Of a stretch of DNA of 64,000 nucleotides, positions 1 to 11,985 are shown in pieces (within the stretch, counting starts at the first letter, position 1; every line of letters starts with the position of its first letter). The DNA comes from Mobula hypostoma (Eukaryota). The translations under genes and the position numbers were made by a program. Under the pieces are notes generated by a model. That model ran no database searches, had not been told where the DNA came from, and was given only the letters and a program-made list of their open reading frames with translations. Location: assembly GCF_963921235.1 (NCBI RefSeq), contig NC_086101.1, positions 806,001-870,000 on the forward strand, in the 5' to 3' direction.

Positions 1-269
1 ACACATCATCGATCTATAGTCTCTGCATTATTGTTTCATTCATTATTATTCCACATTCGTACTTTATTATTGTGTATATTATTCTGTACTTTATTTTTAG
101 TAAAGTTTGCCCGATGCTTCATGTGGTTTTAGATGTAACTGCTGAAATAGTCATAATAGTTAAAGTCATACTTTATTGATCCCGGGGGAAATTGGTTTTT
201 GTTCCGTTAATGAAATGAATGAATTTCCCACTCGGAATCAATAAAATATTTATTATTATTATTATCATT

Positions 270-520
270 CTCCAGCCCTTTATCTCTCTCACCAATCAAC
301 TTCCCAGCTCTTTACTTCACCCCTCACCCTGACCCAGTTTACCATATCACCTTACCTCCCCCCACATTCAGACTCCCTCCCTTCCTTTCCAGTCCTGACG
401 AAGGGTCTGGGTCTGAAATGTCGACTGTTCACTCTTCTCCATAGTTGCTGTCTGCCCCCGCTGACTTTCCCCCAGCCTTCTCCGCGTGTTCCTTCGGATT
501 TCCGCATCTGCAGATGGTCT
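270..520 (+). mobile_element. Degenerate Penelope-like terminal repeat (pLTR) with hammerhead-like motif at 391-426
   Basis: agtcCTGACGAagggtctgggtctGAAAtgtcgact and the ending 'gcatctgcaga' match the pLTRs attached to GIY-YIG fragments elsewhere in the window. Confidence 0.75.
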
Positions 521-830
521 CCTGCTTGCTCACACGCGCATGCGCAGAGGTTTGAGGTGAGCCAACTATCGCGCATGCGCACTGTAGACGAAAGGCTCAG
601 AAGGTTCTGCTGCAGGTAAGAGGGGTTTCCGATCGGGAATTAATCACAGGCGTCTGAAACGCGATTCAAGGGCTATTACTGTGAGCTCCTGGCGCACTGA
701 GCTTGCAGCCCAGGACAGCCCCGGCCCGTTCCCTCGATCCGTACCCGGGCCCCGCGGGGCTTTCGGCTAACGAGCGCTGGAGCCGCCGCCGCCATTTCTG
801 CGGCGCATGCGCATCGCTGGATCTTTCGGC
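520..830 (+). promoter_or_regulatory. CpG-rich promoter and non-coding exon 1 of ZNF gene A
   Basis: GCGCATGCGC (NRF1-type) at 536-545, 571-580 and 803-812; YY1-like CCGCCATT near 789; splice donor CAG|GTAAG at 615/616; paralogous copy at about 34030-34370. Confidence 0.7.
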
Positions 831-1489
831 GGCCTTTTTAAAAATGTTTTTATTGAACACAAACAAAAACAGTAAACATATGCAAACAAAGCCAGGGAAT
901 CACACATAAGCAGCAACAAATATATAAATATTAACTTTAAATGTACAAATAAAAAAGAAAATCCTCTCAATACTGCTGGACAGAAGGAACTATATCTAAA
1001 AAGAGTCACAAAACAAAAATATTTACAGAAATAACCCGAAACATTGACAAATTTGTACAGTCCTTACAGCTTTCTGGTTATGGGAAGTTTCCAGAATATT
1101 AATGTATAGTTTGAAGTCTGACGTAAAAATATAAATGAAGGTTTCTTATTGTTACATTTGCATTTATGGATATAAAATTTGCTGTAAATTAACAAAATAT
1201 TTATGATTTTAAAAATCCCGATGAGATTTGATATTATTAGTAAACCCAAATAAAACATTTTCAAATCAAAATGTAAAATCCACATTAATATATTGATCTA
1301 TAAATTGACAAACATCAACCCAAAACGTTTTGACATATTCACATTCCCAAAATAGATTAAGTAAATCCTCTGGATATAAACCACAAAACAGACAGTTAGT
1401 TTCAATATCAGAATTAAACCTTGTCAAATAGACATTGTTTGGATAATATCTATGGATAATTTTAATCTATGCATAATCTGAGTATAAAT

Positions 1490-3637
1490 TAAAGGATTGA
1501 CGGTGGATATGCAATGGCAAGCATTTAAAGGTTGCATGGATGAACTACAACAATTGTTCATCCCAGTTTGGCAAAAGAATAAATCAAGGAAGGTAGTGCA
1601 CCCATGGCTGACAAAAGAAATTAGGGATAGTACCAATTCCAAACAAGTAGCATACAAATTAGCCAGAGAGAGTGGCTCACCTGAGGACTGGGAGAAATTC
1701 AGAGTTCAGCAGAGGAGGACAAAGGGCTTAATTAGGAAGGGGAAAAAAGATTATGAGAGAAAACTGGCGGGGAACATAAAAACGGACTGTAAAAGCTTTT
1801 ATAGATATGTAAAAAGGAAAAGATTGGTAAAGACAAATGTAGGTCCCCTGCAGACAGAAACAGGTGAATTGATTATGGGGAGCAAGGACATGGCAGACCA
1901 ATTGAATAATTACTTTGGTTCTGTCTTCACTAAGGAGGACATAAATAATCTTCCAGAAATAGTAAGGGACAGAGGGTCCAGTGAGATGGAGGAACTGAGT
2001 GAAATACATGTTAGTAGGGAAGTGGTGTTAGGTAAATTGAAGGGATTGAAGGCAGATAAATCCCCAGGGCCAGATGGTCTGCATCCTAGAGTGCTTAAGG
2101 AAGTAGCCCAAGAAATAGTGGATGCATCAGTGATAATTTTTCAAAACTCGTTAGATTCTGGACTAGTTCCTGAGGATTGGAGGGTGGCTAATGTAACCCC
2201 ACTTTTTAAAAAAGGAGGGAGAGAGAAACCGGGGAATTATAGACCGGTTAGCCTAACGTCGGTGGTGGGGAAACTGCTGGAGTCAGTTATCAAGGATGTG
2301 ATAACAGCACATTTGGAAAGCGGTGAAATCATCGGACAAAGTCAGCATGGATTTGTGAAAGGAAAATCATGTCTGACGAATCTCATAGAATTTTTTGAGG
2401 ATGTAACTAGTAGAGTGGATAGGGGAGAACCAGTGGATGTGGTATATTTGGATTTTCAAAAGGCTTTTGACAAGGTCCCACACAGGAGATTAGTGTGCAA
2501 ACTTAAAGCACACGGTATTGGGGGTAAGGTATTGGTGTGGGTGGAGAATTGGTTAGCAGACAGGAAACAAAGAGTGGGAATAAACGGGACCTTTTCAGAA
2601 TGGCAGGCGGTGACTAGTGGGGTACCGCAAGGCTCAGTGCTGGGACCCCAGTTGTTTACAATATATATTAATGACTTGGATGAGGGAATTAAATGCAGCA
2701 TCTCCAAGTTTGCGGATGACACGAAGCTGGGTGGCAGTGTTAGCAGTCAGGAGGATGCTAAGAGGATGCAGGGTGACTTGGATAGGTTGGGTGAGTGGGC
2801 AAACTCATGGCAGATGCAATTTAATGTGGATAAATATGAAGTTATCCACTTTGGTGGCAAAAATAGGAAAACAGATCATTATCTGAATGGTGGCCGATTA
2901 GGAAAAGGGGAGGTGCAACGAGACCTGGGTGTCATTATACACCAGTCATTGAAAGTGGGCATGCAGGTACAGCAGGCGGTGAAAAAGGCGAATGGTATAT
3001 TGGTATTTATAGCGAGAGGATTCGAGTACAGGAGCAGGGAGGTACTACTGCAGTTGTACAAGGCCTTGGTGAGACCACACCTGGAGTATTGTGTGCAGTT
3101 TTGGTCCCCTAATCTGAGGAAAGACATCTTTGCCATAGAGGGAGTACAAAGAAGGTTCACCAGATTGATTCCTGGGATGGCAGGACTTTCATATGAAGAA
3201 AGACTGGATGAACTGGGCTTGTACTCGTTGGAATTTAGAAGATTGAGGGGGGATCTGATTGAAACGTATAAGATCCTAAAGAGATTGGACAGGCTAGATG
3301 CAGGAAGATTGTTCCCGATGTTGGGGAAGTCCAGAACGAAGGGTCACAGTTTGAGGATAGAGGGGAAGCCTTTTAGGACCGAGATTAGGAAAAACTTCTT
3401 CACACAGAGAGTGGTGAATCTGTGGAATTCTCTGCCACAGGAAACTGTTGAGGCCAGTTCATTGGCTATGTTTAAGAGGGAGTTAGATATGGCCCTTGTG
3501 GCTACAGGGGTCAGGGGGTATGGAGGGAAGGCTGGGGCGGGGTTCTGAGTTGGATGATCAACCATGATCATAATAAATGGCGGTGCAGGCTCGAAGGGCC
3601 GAATGGCCTACTCCTGCACCTATTTTCTATGTTTCTA
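1490..3637 (+). mobile_element. CR1 LINE, 5'-truncated, young
   Basis: Contains the uninterrupted RT ORF and the CR1 3' UTR ending ggccgaatggcctactcctgcacctattttctatgtttctat. Confidence 0.95.
1497..3548 (+). CDS. CR1 ORF2 reverse transcriptase portion (683 aa, endonuclease absent)
   Basis: KSPGPDG, NYRPVSLTS, QHGF, DFQKAFDKV, GVPQGSVLGP, KFADDTK and RPHLEYCVQFW motifs. No native start, so probably not expressed as such. Confidence 0.9.
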   Translation: MTVDMQWQAFKGCMDELQQLFIPVWQKNKSRKVVHPWLTKEIRDSTNSKQVAYKLARESGSPEDWEKFRVQQRRTKGLIRKGKKDYERKLAGNIKTDCKSFYRYVKRKRLVKTNVGPLQTETGELIMGSKDMADQLNNYFGSVFTKEDINNLPEIVRDRGSSEMEELSEIHVSREVVLGKLKGLKADKSPGPDGLHPRVLKEVAQEIVDASVIIFQNSLDSGLVPEDWRVANVTPLFKKGGREKPGNYRPVSLTSVVGKLLESVIKDVITAHLESGEIIGQSQHGFVKGKSCLTNLIEFFEDVTSRVDRGEPVDVVYLDFQKAFDKVPHRRLVCKLKAHGIGGKVLVWVENWLADRKQRVGINGTFSEWQAVTSGVPQGSVLGPQLFTIYINDLDEGIKCSISKFADDTKLGGSVSSQEDAKRMQGDLDRLGEWANSWQMQFNVDKYEVIHFGGKNRKTDHYLNGGRLGKGEVQRDLGVIIHQSLKVGMQVQQAVKKANGILVFIARGFEYRSREVLLQLYKALVRPHLEYCVQFWSPNLRKDIFAIEGVQRRFTRLIPGMAGLSYEERLDELGLYSLEFRRLRGDLIETYKILKRLDRLDAGRLFPMLGKSRTKGHSLRIEGKPFRTEIRKNFFTQRVVNLWNSLPQETVEASSLAMFKRELDMALVATGVRGYGGKAGAGF

Positions 3638-3687
3638 TAAATGAAATTTCTTTAATTTTATTCCTCAATAAAAATTTATTAAATAAG

Positions 3688-3987
3688 CCCCTGCGTGGCC
3701 AAATGGTTAAGGCATTTGTCCAGTGATCTGAAGGTCACTAGTTTGAGCCTTGGCTGAGGCAGCGTGTTGTGTCCTTGAGCAAGGCACTTAACCACACATT
3801 GCTCTGCGACAACACCAGTGCCAAGCTGTATGGGTCCTAATGCCCTTCCCTTGGACAACATCGGTGGCGTGGAGAGGGGAGATTTACAGCATGGGCAACT
3901 GCCGGTCTTCCATACAACCTTGCCCAGGCCTGCGTCCTGGAAACCTTCCAAGGCGCAAATCCATGGTCTCACGAGACTAACGGATGC

Positions 3988-3990
<3 letters not shown>
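3688..3990 (+). mobile_element. tRNA-derived SINE
   Basis: A-box-like TGGCCAAATGG, B-box-like GTTTGAGCC and a CORE-like GTGTCCTTGAGCAAGGCACTTAAC; about 300 bp, followed by a microsatellite. Confidence 0.7.

Positions 3991-4051
<61 letters not shown>
3988..4051. repeat. Compound microsatellite (CT)n(AT)n(AC)n
   Basis: Directly visible. Confidence 0.95.
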
Positions 4052-4052
<1 letters not shown>

Positions 4053-4114
4053 CCTCCACCTCAGATTCCCTAAGCGACAATTCCAAAAACTAACAGCCGT
4101 AGGAATAGAAGTAA

Positions 4115-5720
4115 TGTCTTTTTGAAAGTCTTGAGGAAAATTAAAGTCAATAAATCCCCGGGACCTGACAGAGTGTTCCCTCGGACCTTGAAGGAGACTA
4201 GTGTTGAAATTGCGGCGCCCTGGCAGAAATATTTAAAATGTCGCTGTCTACGGGTGAGGTGCCAGAGGATTGGAGAGTGGCTCATGTCGTTCCGTTGTTT
4301 AAAAAAGGATCGAAAGGTAATCCGGGAAATTATAGGCCGGTGAGTTTAACGTCAGTAGTAGGTAAGTTATTGGAGGGAGTACTAAGAGACAGAATCTACA
4401 AGCATTTGGATAGACAGGGGCTTATTAGAGAGAGTCAACATGGCTTTGTGCGTGGTAGGTCATGTTTGACCAATCTGTTGGAGTTTTTTCGAGGAGGTTA
4501 CCAGGAAAGTGGATGAAGGGAAGGCAGTGGATATTGTCTACATGGACTTCAGTAAGGCCTTTGACAAGGTCCCGCATGGGAGGTTGGTTAGGAAAATTCA
4601 GTCGCTAGCTATACATGGAGAAGTAGTAAATTGGATTAGACATTGGCTCGATGGAAGAAGCCAGAGAGTGGTGGTAGAGAATTGCTTCTTTGAGTGGAGG
4701 CCTGTGACTAGTGGTGTATCACAGGGATCAGTGCTGGGTCCATTGTTATTTGTCATCTATATCAATGATCTGGATGATAATGTGGTAAATTGGATCAGCA
4801 AGTTTGCTGATGATACAAAGATTGGAGGTGTAGTAGACAGTGAAGAAGGTTTTCAGAGCCTGCAGAGGGACTTGGACCAGCTGGAAAAATGGGCTGAAAA
4901 GTGGCAGATGGAGTTTAATACTGACAAGTGTGAGGTATTGCACGTTGGAAGGACAAACCAACGTATAACATACAGGGTTAATGGTAAGGCACTGAGGAGT
5001 GCAGTGGAACAGAGGGATCTGAGAATACAGATACAAAATTCCCTAAAAGTGTCGTCACAGGTAGATAGGGTCGTAAAGAGAGCTTTTGGTACATTGGCCT
5101 TTATTAATCAAAGTATTGAGTATAAGAGCTGGAATGTTATGATGAGGTTGTATAAGGCATTGGTGAGGCCGAATCTGGAGTATTGTGTTCAGTTTTGGTC
5201 ACCAAATTACAGGAAGGATATAAATAAGGTTGAAACAGTGCAGAGAAGGTTCACAAGGATGTTGCCGGGACTTGAGAAACTCAGTTACAGAGAAAGGTTG
5301 AATAGGTTAGGACTTTATTCCCTGGAGCGTAGAAGAATGAGGGGAGATTTGATAGAGGTATATAAAATTATGATGGGTATAGATAGAGTGAATGCAAGCA
5401 GGCTTTTTCCACTGAGGCAAAGGGAGAAAAAAACTAGAGGACATGGGTTAAGGGTGAGGGGGAAAAAGTTTAAAGGGAGCATTGGGGGGGGCTTCTTCAC
5501 GCAGAGAGTGGTGGGAGTATGGAATGAGCTGCCAGACGAGGTGGTAAATGCGGGTTCTTTTTTAACATTTAAGAATAAATTGTACAGATACATGGGTGGG
5601 AGGTGTATGGAGGGACATGGTCCGTGTGCAGGTCAGTGGGACTAGGCAGAAAATGGTTCAGCACAGCCAAGAAAGGCCAAAAGGCCTGTTTCTGTGCTGT
5701 AGTTTCTATGGTTTCTATGG
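4115..5720 (+). mobile_element. CR1 LINE (second subfamily), 5'-truncated, frameshifted RT
   Basis: ORFs 4122-4343, 4238-4516 and 4509-5645 give consecutive RT segments (KFADDTK); (tttctatgg)n tail. Confidence 0.95.
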
Positions 5721-5739
5721 AAACAAACTTCTAATACCT

Positions 5740-6611
5740 CTTATTCTAATGCGTGACTCCCTTGTCCATCCCTCCCCACCGATCTCCGTCCCAGCACTTA
5801 TCCTTGTAAGCAGAACAAGTGTTACACATGCCCTTACACCTTCTCCCTCACCACCATTCAGGGCCCCAGACAGTCCTTCCAAGTGAGGCGACACTTCACC
5901 TGTGAGTCGGCTGGGGTGATATACTGCGTCCGGTGCTCCTGGTGCGGCCTGCTATATATTGGTGAGACCCGACGCAGGCTGGGAGACCGCTTTGCTGAAC
6001 ACCTACGCTCTGTCCGCCAGAGAAAGCAGGATCTCCCAGTGGCCACACATTTTAATTCCACATCCCATTCCCACTCTAATATGTGCATGGCCTCCTCTAT
6101 GGTCAAGATGAAGCCACACTCATGTTGGAGGAACAACACATTATATTCTGTCTGGGTAGCCTCCAACCTGATGGCATGAATATTGACTTCTCTAACTTCC
6201 GCTAATGCCCCACCTCCCCCTCCTACCCCATCCGTTATTTATTAATTATTTTTTCCTTTTTTTCTTTCTCTCTTTTTTCTTTCTCTGTCCCTCTCACAGT
6301 AACTCCTTGCCTGCTCTCCATCTTCCTCTGGTGTTCCCCTCGCTCTTTCTTTCTCCCAAGGCCTCCCGTCCCATGATCTCCAGCCTTGTATCCCTTTTGC
6401 CAATCAACTTTCCAGCTCTTAGCTTTATCCTTCCCCCTCCTGTCTTCTCCTATCATTTCAGATCTCCTTCTCCCTCTCCCACTTTCAAATCTCTTACTAT
6501 CTCTTCTTTCAGTTAGTCCAGACGAAGGGTCTCAGCCCGAAACATCGACTATGCTTCTTCCTATGGATGCTGTCTGGCCTGCTGTGTTCCACCAGCATTT
6601 TGTGTGTGTTG
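5740..6611 (+). mobile_element. Penelope-like element 3' part: GIY-YIG endonuclease plus pLTR
   Basis: ORF 5883-6179 reads GVIYCVRCSWCGLLYIGETRRRLGDRFAEH. Flanked by the direct repeat TTCTAATACCT (5729-5739, 6612-6622). Mutated hammerhead motif at 6515-6550. Confidence 0.85.
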
Positions 6612-7315
6612 TTCTAATACCTTCATTATTTATTTTAAAAGACGGAGGAAAACAAATCTTTCCTACAGCTGTACTGGATGGATCCAAGCTGGGTAATTCA
6701 ACTACCGAATATGATGTATTTCTAAACGACATAATTACACCAGAGGGAATTGCATCCATAACAACAGCAAATTCTTTTGGAGTCACAGGAAATTCAAAGG
6801 TGGATCAAAACTCAGTATAACTCAATAAAGTACTACTTGAATTAAATCACTGTTTAACTAGCAAAATATTATTATCAAACCAACCCTTATAAAACAAAGA
6901 TTTATTCTTATAAGTTATGTTGTGGTTATTCCAGATAAAATAACTATGAGGAGTGAAACTGTGTTTGTAAATCAAGGACCAGGATAAAAGCATCTGTTTA
7001 TAAAACTGAGATAGACGGAGAGGAACTTTGTCTATTTTCTAATTACATAAAAGAAAAAAATTCAGTCCACCAACCTGAGAAAAGAGAAAAGAAGGAATAC
7101 AATTCCATATCGAAATAGGATTATGTAAAAATTGTTTAATCCAATTAATTTTAAAAGTATTATTAAGACTGTCACAATCCAGAAAACTTAGACCCCCCCC
7201 CCCCCCCGTCATAACTATTCAGGACAGCAGATTTTTTTATATAATTATCTTTGTTTTTCCATAAAAAGTTAAAAAACATGGTGTCTGTCAATTTACAGAT
7301 TTTTTTTATCGACAT

Positions 7316-8175
7316 TGTTACGTACCCCGTAACTGGGTTGCCAAACCAGCAGAAATGGATCACTCAGTTGGAGTCTGGAGTACTAGAACTAAGAAAGTTT
7401 TATTAAAGAAACAAGCAACACAGTAATCGAAAGGATAATAAATGCAACAATTCAACAATGATAACCACACATGTGCACAGAATTAAGATAACAGCATCAA
7501 TCAAGCTCTATCGTTGTCTAGGGGTAAATGACCAATTTCAAAATGACTCAAAGTTCAGTCCAGTTAGTAGTTCAGTTCGCAGTAATCGTTGCCATGGCGA
7601 TGGACAAGGTGGGGGAAGAGAGACATAGAATAGGAACAACTGATCATTCAGAACGGCTTCACTCACAGACCAGCGAGATGGCTCACAAACAGCATTTGGG
7701 CGGGTCCTTGGTGATGTCACCTGAGGTCACCGACTGTGACCCCTCCTCCAGATGCGGTTGATCCTCTGCAGTGAACCCGGCACCCAGGCAAGGGCGGACA
7801 CACACCGGGTTCCCGCTGATCGTACCTTTCCACCCTTGTCGTTGTCTGATGCTTCTCACCCACTCGTGAGAGGCGCACCGCTTCCAGGGTCTCGTTACCT
7901 CGGGTGGCGTGTGTGTCTGTCTTAGCGAACCTGTCCCTTTTTATCCCCCTGCTGGGGTATCGCCTGTCCATCACTTCAAACAGTTCAGGGTTCAAAGGGG
8001 GGGAGCCGCTCCAGACAGCTCTCTCTCCCACATCCCTTCATTACACATCTCCAGACGCTGCTCCATTGTTCCTTATCTCTCCTTCCCCTGAGGGCAGGTG
8101 GCAGACCAACTGCTGATGCCACTGATGCTAGCCCAGGCCAGCAAACATCTTAATTTTATGTGTATTCTCGTAACA
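7316..8175 (-). mobile_element. Solo LTR (Gypsy-type)
   Basis: TGTTACG...CGTAACA ends, 4-bp TSD ACAT and minus-strand AATAAA near 7400. Removing it rejoins the host L1 frame (LPLYV/DKKICK). Confidence 0.9.
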
Positions 8176-8509
8176 ACATATAGGGGGAGAGTTATATATG
8201 TAACCCTGGAAAGACCTGCTTTACAAAGCAAAACCCGGCCTTTCAAAGATACTGTAAGTCCCTTTGAAGCCACCGGTTTAACCTTTTCCTAGCTCCATGT
8301 ATCTATCTGAGAGTCTCTTAAAATCCCCTATTGTATCCACCTTTCCCACCTTCGCAGTGTATTCCACACACCCACCACTCTCTGTGTGAAAAACGTACCT
8401 CTAACATCCCCCTTGCACCTACTTCCAATACCTTAAAACTATGCCCCCTCATGTGAGCCATTTCAGTCTTGGGGAAAAAAGAGCCGCGGCCCTCATCATC
8501 TTATTCAGC

Positions 8510-8769
8510 TTTCTGAATTGCCAGAGAATTGGTTGCAGTGAGATATCATTCTCTTTCTCTCAGTGTGGGAAGGGATTCACTCATTGCCTACCCCCCAGAC
8601 ACGCCAGTGAGTTCACAGTGGAGACAGGCTGTTCACCCACTCTGTGTGAGGGAGGGGAACTACTCAGTCATCCAGTCTGAAGACACCTCAGCAAGTTCAC
8701 ACCAGAGTGAGGTGCTCCACCTGTTCTGACTGTGGGAAGCAATTCATTCTGTCATTGGTGCTAAAGATA
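8510..8769 (+). pseudogene. Orphan partial copy of the decayed-finger ZNF leader
   Basis: Aligns by eye with 10483-10740 and 40531-40791; ends at the Tc1 TIR. Confidence 0.85.
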
Positions 8770-9716
<947 letters not shown>

Positions 9717-9723
9717 TGCCAGG

Positions 9724-10098
9724 GCTCACATTCAGAGGAGATCATTTAGAAACATGTAAAATTATGAAAGGAATAGAGAAAGTAGAGGCAGGAAACTAGA
9801 GGACATCTTCTCAAGATTCTGGGCATTTGGGATGGAGATGAGGAGGAACTGCTTTTCCCAGAGGGTGGTGAATCTGTGGATTTCTCTACCCAATGAAGGA
9901 GGGGAGGCCACCTCAATAAATATATTTAAGACAAGGTTGGATAGATTTTGGCATAGTCAGGGAATTAAGGGTTATGGGGAAAAGGCAGGTAGGTGGAGAT
10001 GAGTCCATGGCCAGATCAGCCATGATCTTATTCAATGGCGGAGCAGGCTTAACGGGCCAGATGGCCGACTCCTGCTCCTATTTCTTATGATCTTATGT
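9724..10098 (+). mobile_element. CR1 3' fragment shared by both ZNF paralogues
   Basis: CR1 3' end; the paralogous copy is at about 39770-40148, just before the second acceptor. Confidence 0.85.
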
Positions 10099-10140
10099 TC
10101 TCACCACAGACTAAAATCTCTCCTGAAATATTGTCCTTCA

Positions 10141-10173
10141 CCCATTGTTTTCTTTTGCAAATATTTTTACAGG
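10141..10173 (+). promoter_or_regulatory. Putative 3' splice acceptor of ZNF gene A terminal exon
   Basis: ttttcttttgcaaatatttttacAG|G (AG at 10171-10172), conserved at 40219-40220. Confidence 0.65.
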
Positions 10174-10839
10174 TTTGAAATGGCAGAACACTTGTGCACG
10201 GGAATCTCAACCACAACAACACATCAGTTTTGCTGACTCTGTCTGGATATTTAAGGAGTAACCAAATATTTTCTTTGCTACACCAACACATCTGTTGTCG
10301 ATCCTTGGAGATGAAGAATTATCTCATCCCAGCTGGTGATGTATTCTGTCTCTGAAATGAAGTTTTCTGTTTTAACTCAGTGAAATTCACTGGAACTGGG
10401 AGCTGAGAACTCACCAGCATTTGTTCACTGGAGATCAGTTCTTCAGCTGCATTGATTGTACAAGGGATTCAAACGTCTGACTTTCTGAATTGCCAGAGAA
10501 TTGATCACAGTGAGATATCATTCTCCTTCTCTCAGTGTGGGAAGAGATTCACTCACAGGCTACCCGCAGACACGCCAGTGAGTTCACAGTGGGGAGAGGC
10601 CATTCACCCGCTCTGTGTGAGGGAGGGGAACCACTCAGTCATCCAGTCTGAAGATACATCAGCAAGTTCACACCATAGTGAGATGCTTCACCTGTTCTGT
10701 AAGGGGGAAGCCATTCTGTTATCGATGGTAATGGTATATCAGAAAATTCACCAGTGAGGGGAGATTGACCTGAAGATGGTGGAAGGCATTCACATACTCA
10801 ACCACACCACAGTGACGCCAGCCAGTTCACACCGGGGAG

Positions 10840-11985
10840 ATGCCATTCACCTGCTCTGAATGTGGGAAAGGGTTCACTCAATCATCTCAGCTGAATGAAC
10901 ATCAGCGAGTTCACACTGAAAAGATGCCGTTCACCTGCTCAGACTGTGGGAAAGGATTCACTCACTCATCCGACCTACAGAGACACCAGCGAGTTCACAC
11001 TGGGAAGAAGCCATTCACATGCTCTGAATGTGGGAAGGGATTTGCTCGGTCATCTCTGCTCTTGAAACACCAGCAAATTCACACTGGGGACAAACCATTC
11101 ATCTGCTCAGAATGTGGGAAGGGATTCACCGATTCAGCTCAGCTGAAAAAACATCAGTTTGTTCACACTGCGGAGAGACCGTTCACCTGCTCAGACTGTG
11201 GGAAAGGATTCATTCGGCATTCTCATCTACTGACACACCAGTTAGATCACACTGGGGAGAAACCATTCATCTGCTCTGAATGTGGGAAGGGATTCACCCA
11301 TTCAGCTCAACTGAAGGAACATCAGCGACTTCACACTGGTGAATGGCCGTTCACCTGCTCTGAATGTGGGAAGGGATTCACTCGGTCATCTCGACTGAAG
11401 GTGCATCAGCGAGTTCACACTGGGGAGAGGCCGTTCATCTGCTCTGAATGTGGGAAGGGATTCGCTGTGTCATCTCAACTGCAGGTACATCAGAAATTTC
11501 ACACTGGGGAGAGGCCATTCAGATGCTCTGAATGTGGGAGGGGCTTCATTCAGCCATTTCGACTGAAGCTACATCAGCGAGTTCACACTGGGGAGAAACC
11601 GTTCACCTGCTCTGAATGTGGGAAGGGATTCACTCGGCAATCTCAACTGACGGAACATCAGCGAGTTCACACTGGGGAGAGGCCATTCGCCTGCTCTGAA
11701 TGTGGGAATAGTTTTGCTTGGTCATCTCAGCTGAAGGTACATCAGCGAATTCACACTGGGGAGAAACCTTTCAGCTGCTCTGAATGTGGGAAGGGATTCA
11801 CTCAGTCATCCAAACTTTTGAGGCATTACCAAATTCACACTAGGAAGAATCTGTTCACCTGCTCAGATTGTGGGAAAGAATTCACTCGGTTATCTGACTT
11901 TAAAACACATCAGCGAATTCCCACTGGGGGATGCCACTCACCTGTTCTGAATGTGGGAAAGGATTCACTCAGACATCTCAATTAA
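10840..11985 (+). CDS. C2H2 zinc-finger protein A (12 canonical + 1 degenerate finger, no effector domain visible)
   Basis: Tandem CxxC-x12-HxxxH repeats with TGEKPF-type linkers. The C-terminal tail is a frameshifted finger. Confidence 0.9.
   Translation: MPFTCSECGKGFTQSSQLNEHQRVHTEKMPFTCSDCGKGFTHSSDLQRHQRVHTGKKPFTCSECGKGFARSSLLLKHQQIHTGDKPFICSECGKGFTDSAQLKKHQFVHTAERPFTCSDCGKGFIRHSHLLTHQLDHTGEKPFICSECGKGFTHSAQLKEHQRLHTGEWPFTCSECGKGFTRSSRLKVHQRVHTGERPFICSECGKGFAVSSQLQVHQKFHTGERPFRCSECGRGFIQPFRLKLHQRVHTGEKPFTCSECGKGFTRQSQLTEHQRVHTGERPFACSECGNSFAWSSQLKVHQRIHTGEKPFSCSECGKGFTQSSKLLRHYQIHTRKNLFTCSDCGKEFTRLSDFKTHQRIPTGGCHSPVLNVGKDSLRHLN

Larger units (their letters stand above)
835..8300 (-). mobile_element. 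L1/Tx1-clade LINE 3' portion, fragmented by five later insertions
   Basis: Minus-strand ORF2-like peptides KGRVLLCKAGLSRVTYITLPLYV and KKICKLTDTMFFNFLWKNK...YDGGG. AATAAA and an A-rich end lie at about 835-855. AT-rich pieces at 835-1490, 3640-3690, 4045-4115, 6612-7315 and 8176-8300. Confidence 0.7.

Noticed and set aside
3688..3765. tRNA gene
   Set aside because: A/B-box-like motifs run into a SINE body; no convincing acceptor stem or cloverleaf.
10452..10757. 101-aa leader ORF (and 82-aa paralogue at 40500) as an effector domain
   Set aside because: It starts at TTG, reads through decayed fingers partly out of frame, and ends at different positions in the paralogues.
10840..11985. 84-bp periodic repeats resembling a CRISPR or satellite array
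   Set aside because: The periodicity is the 28-codon C2H2 finger unit; there is no repeat-spacer structure and the DNA is eukaryotic.
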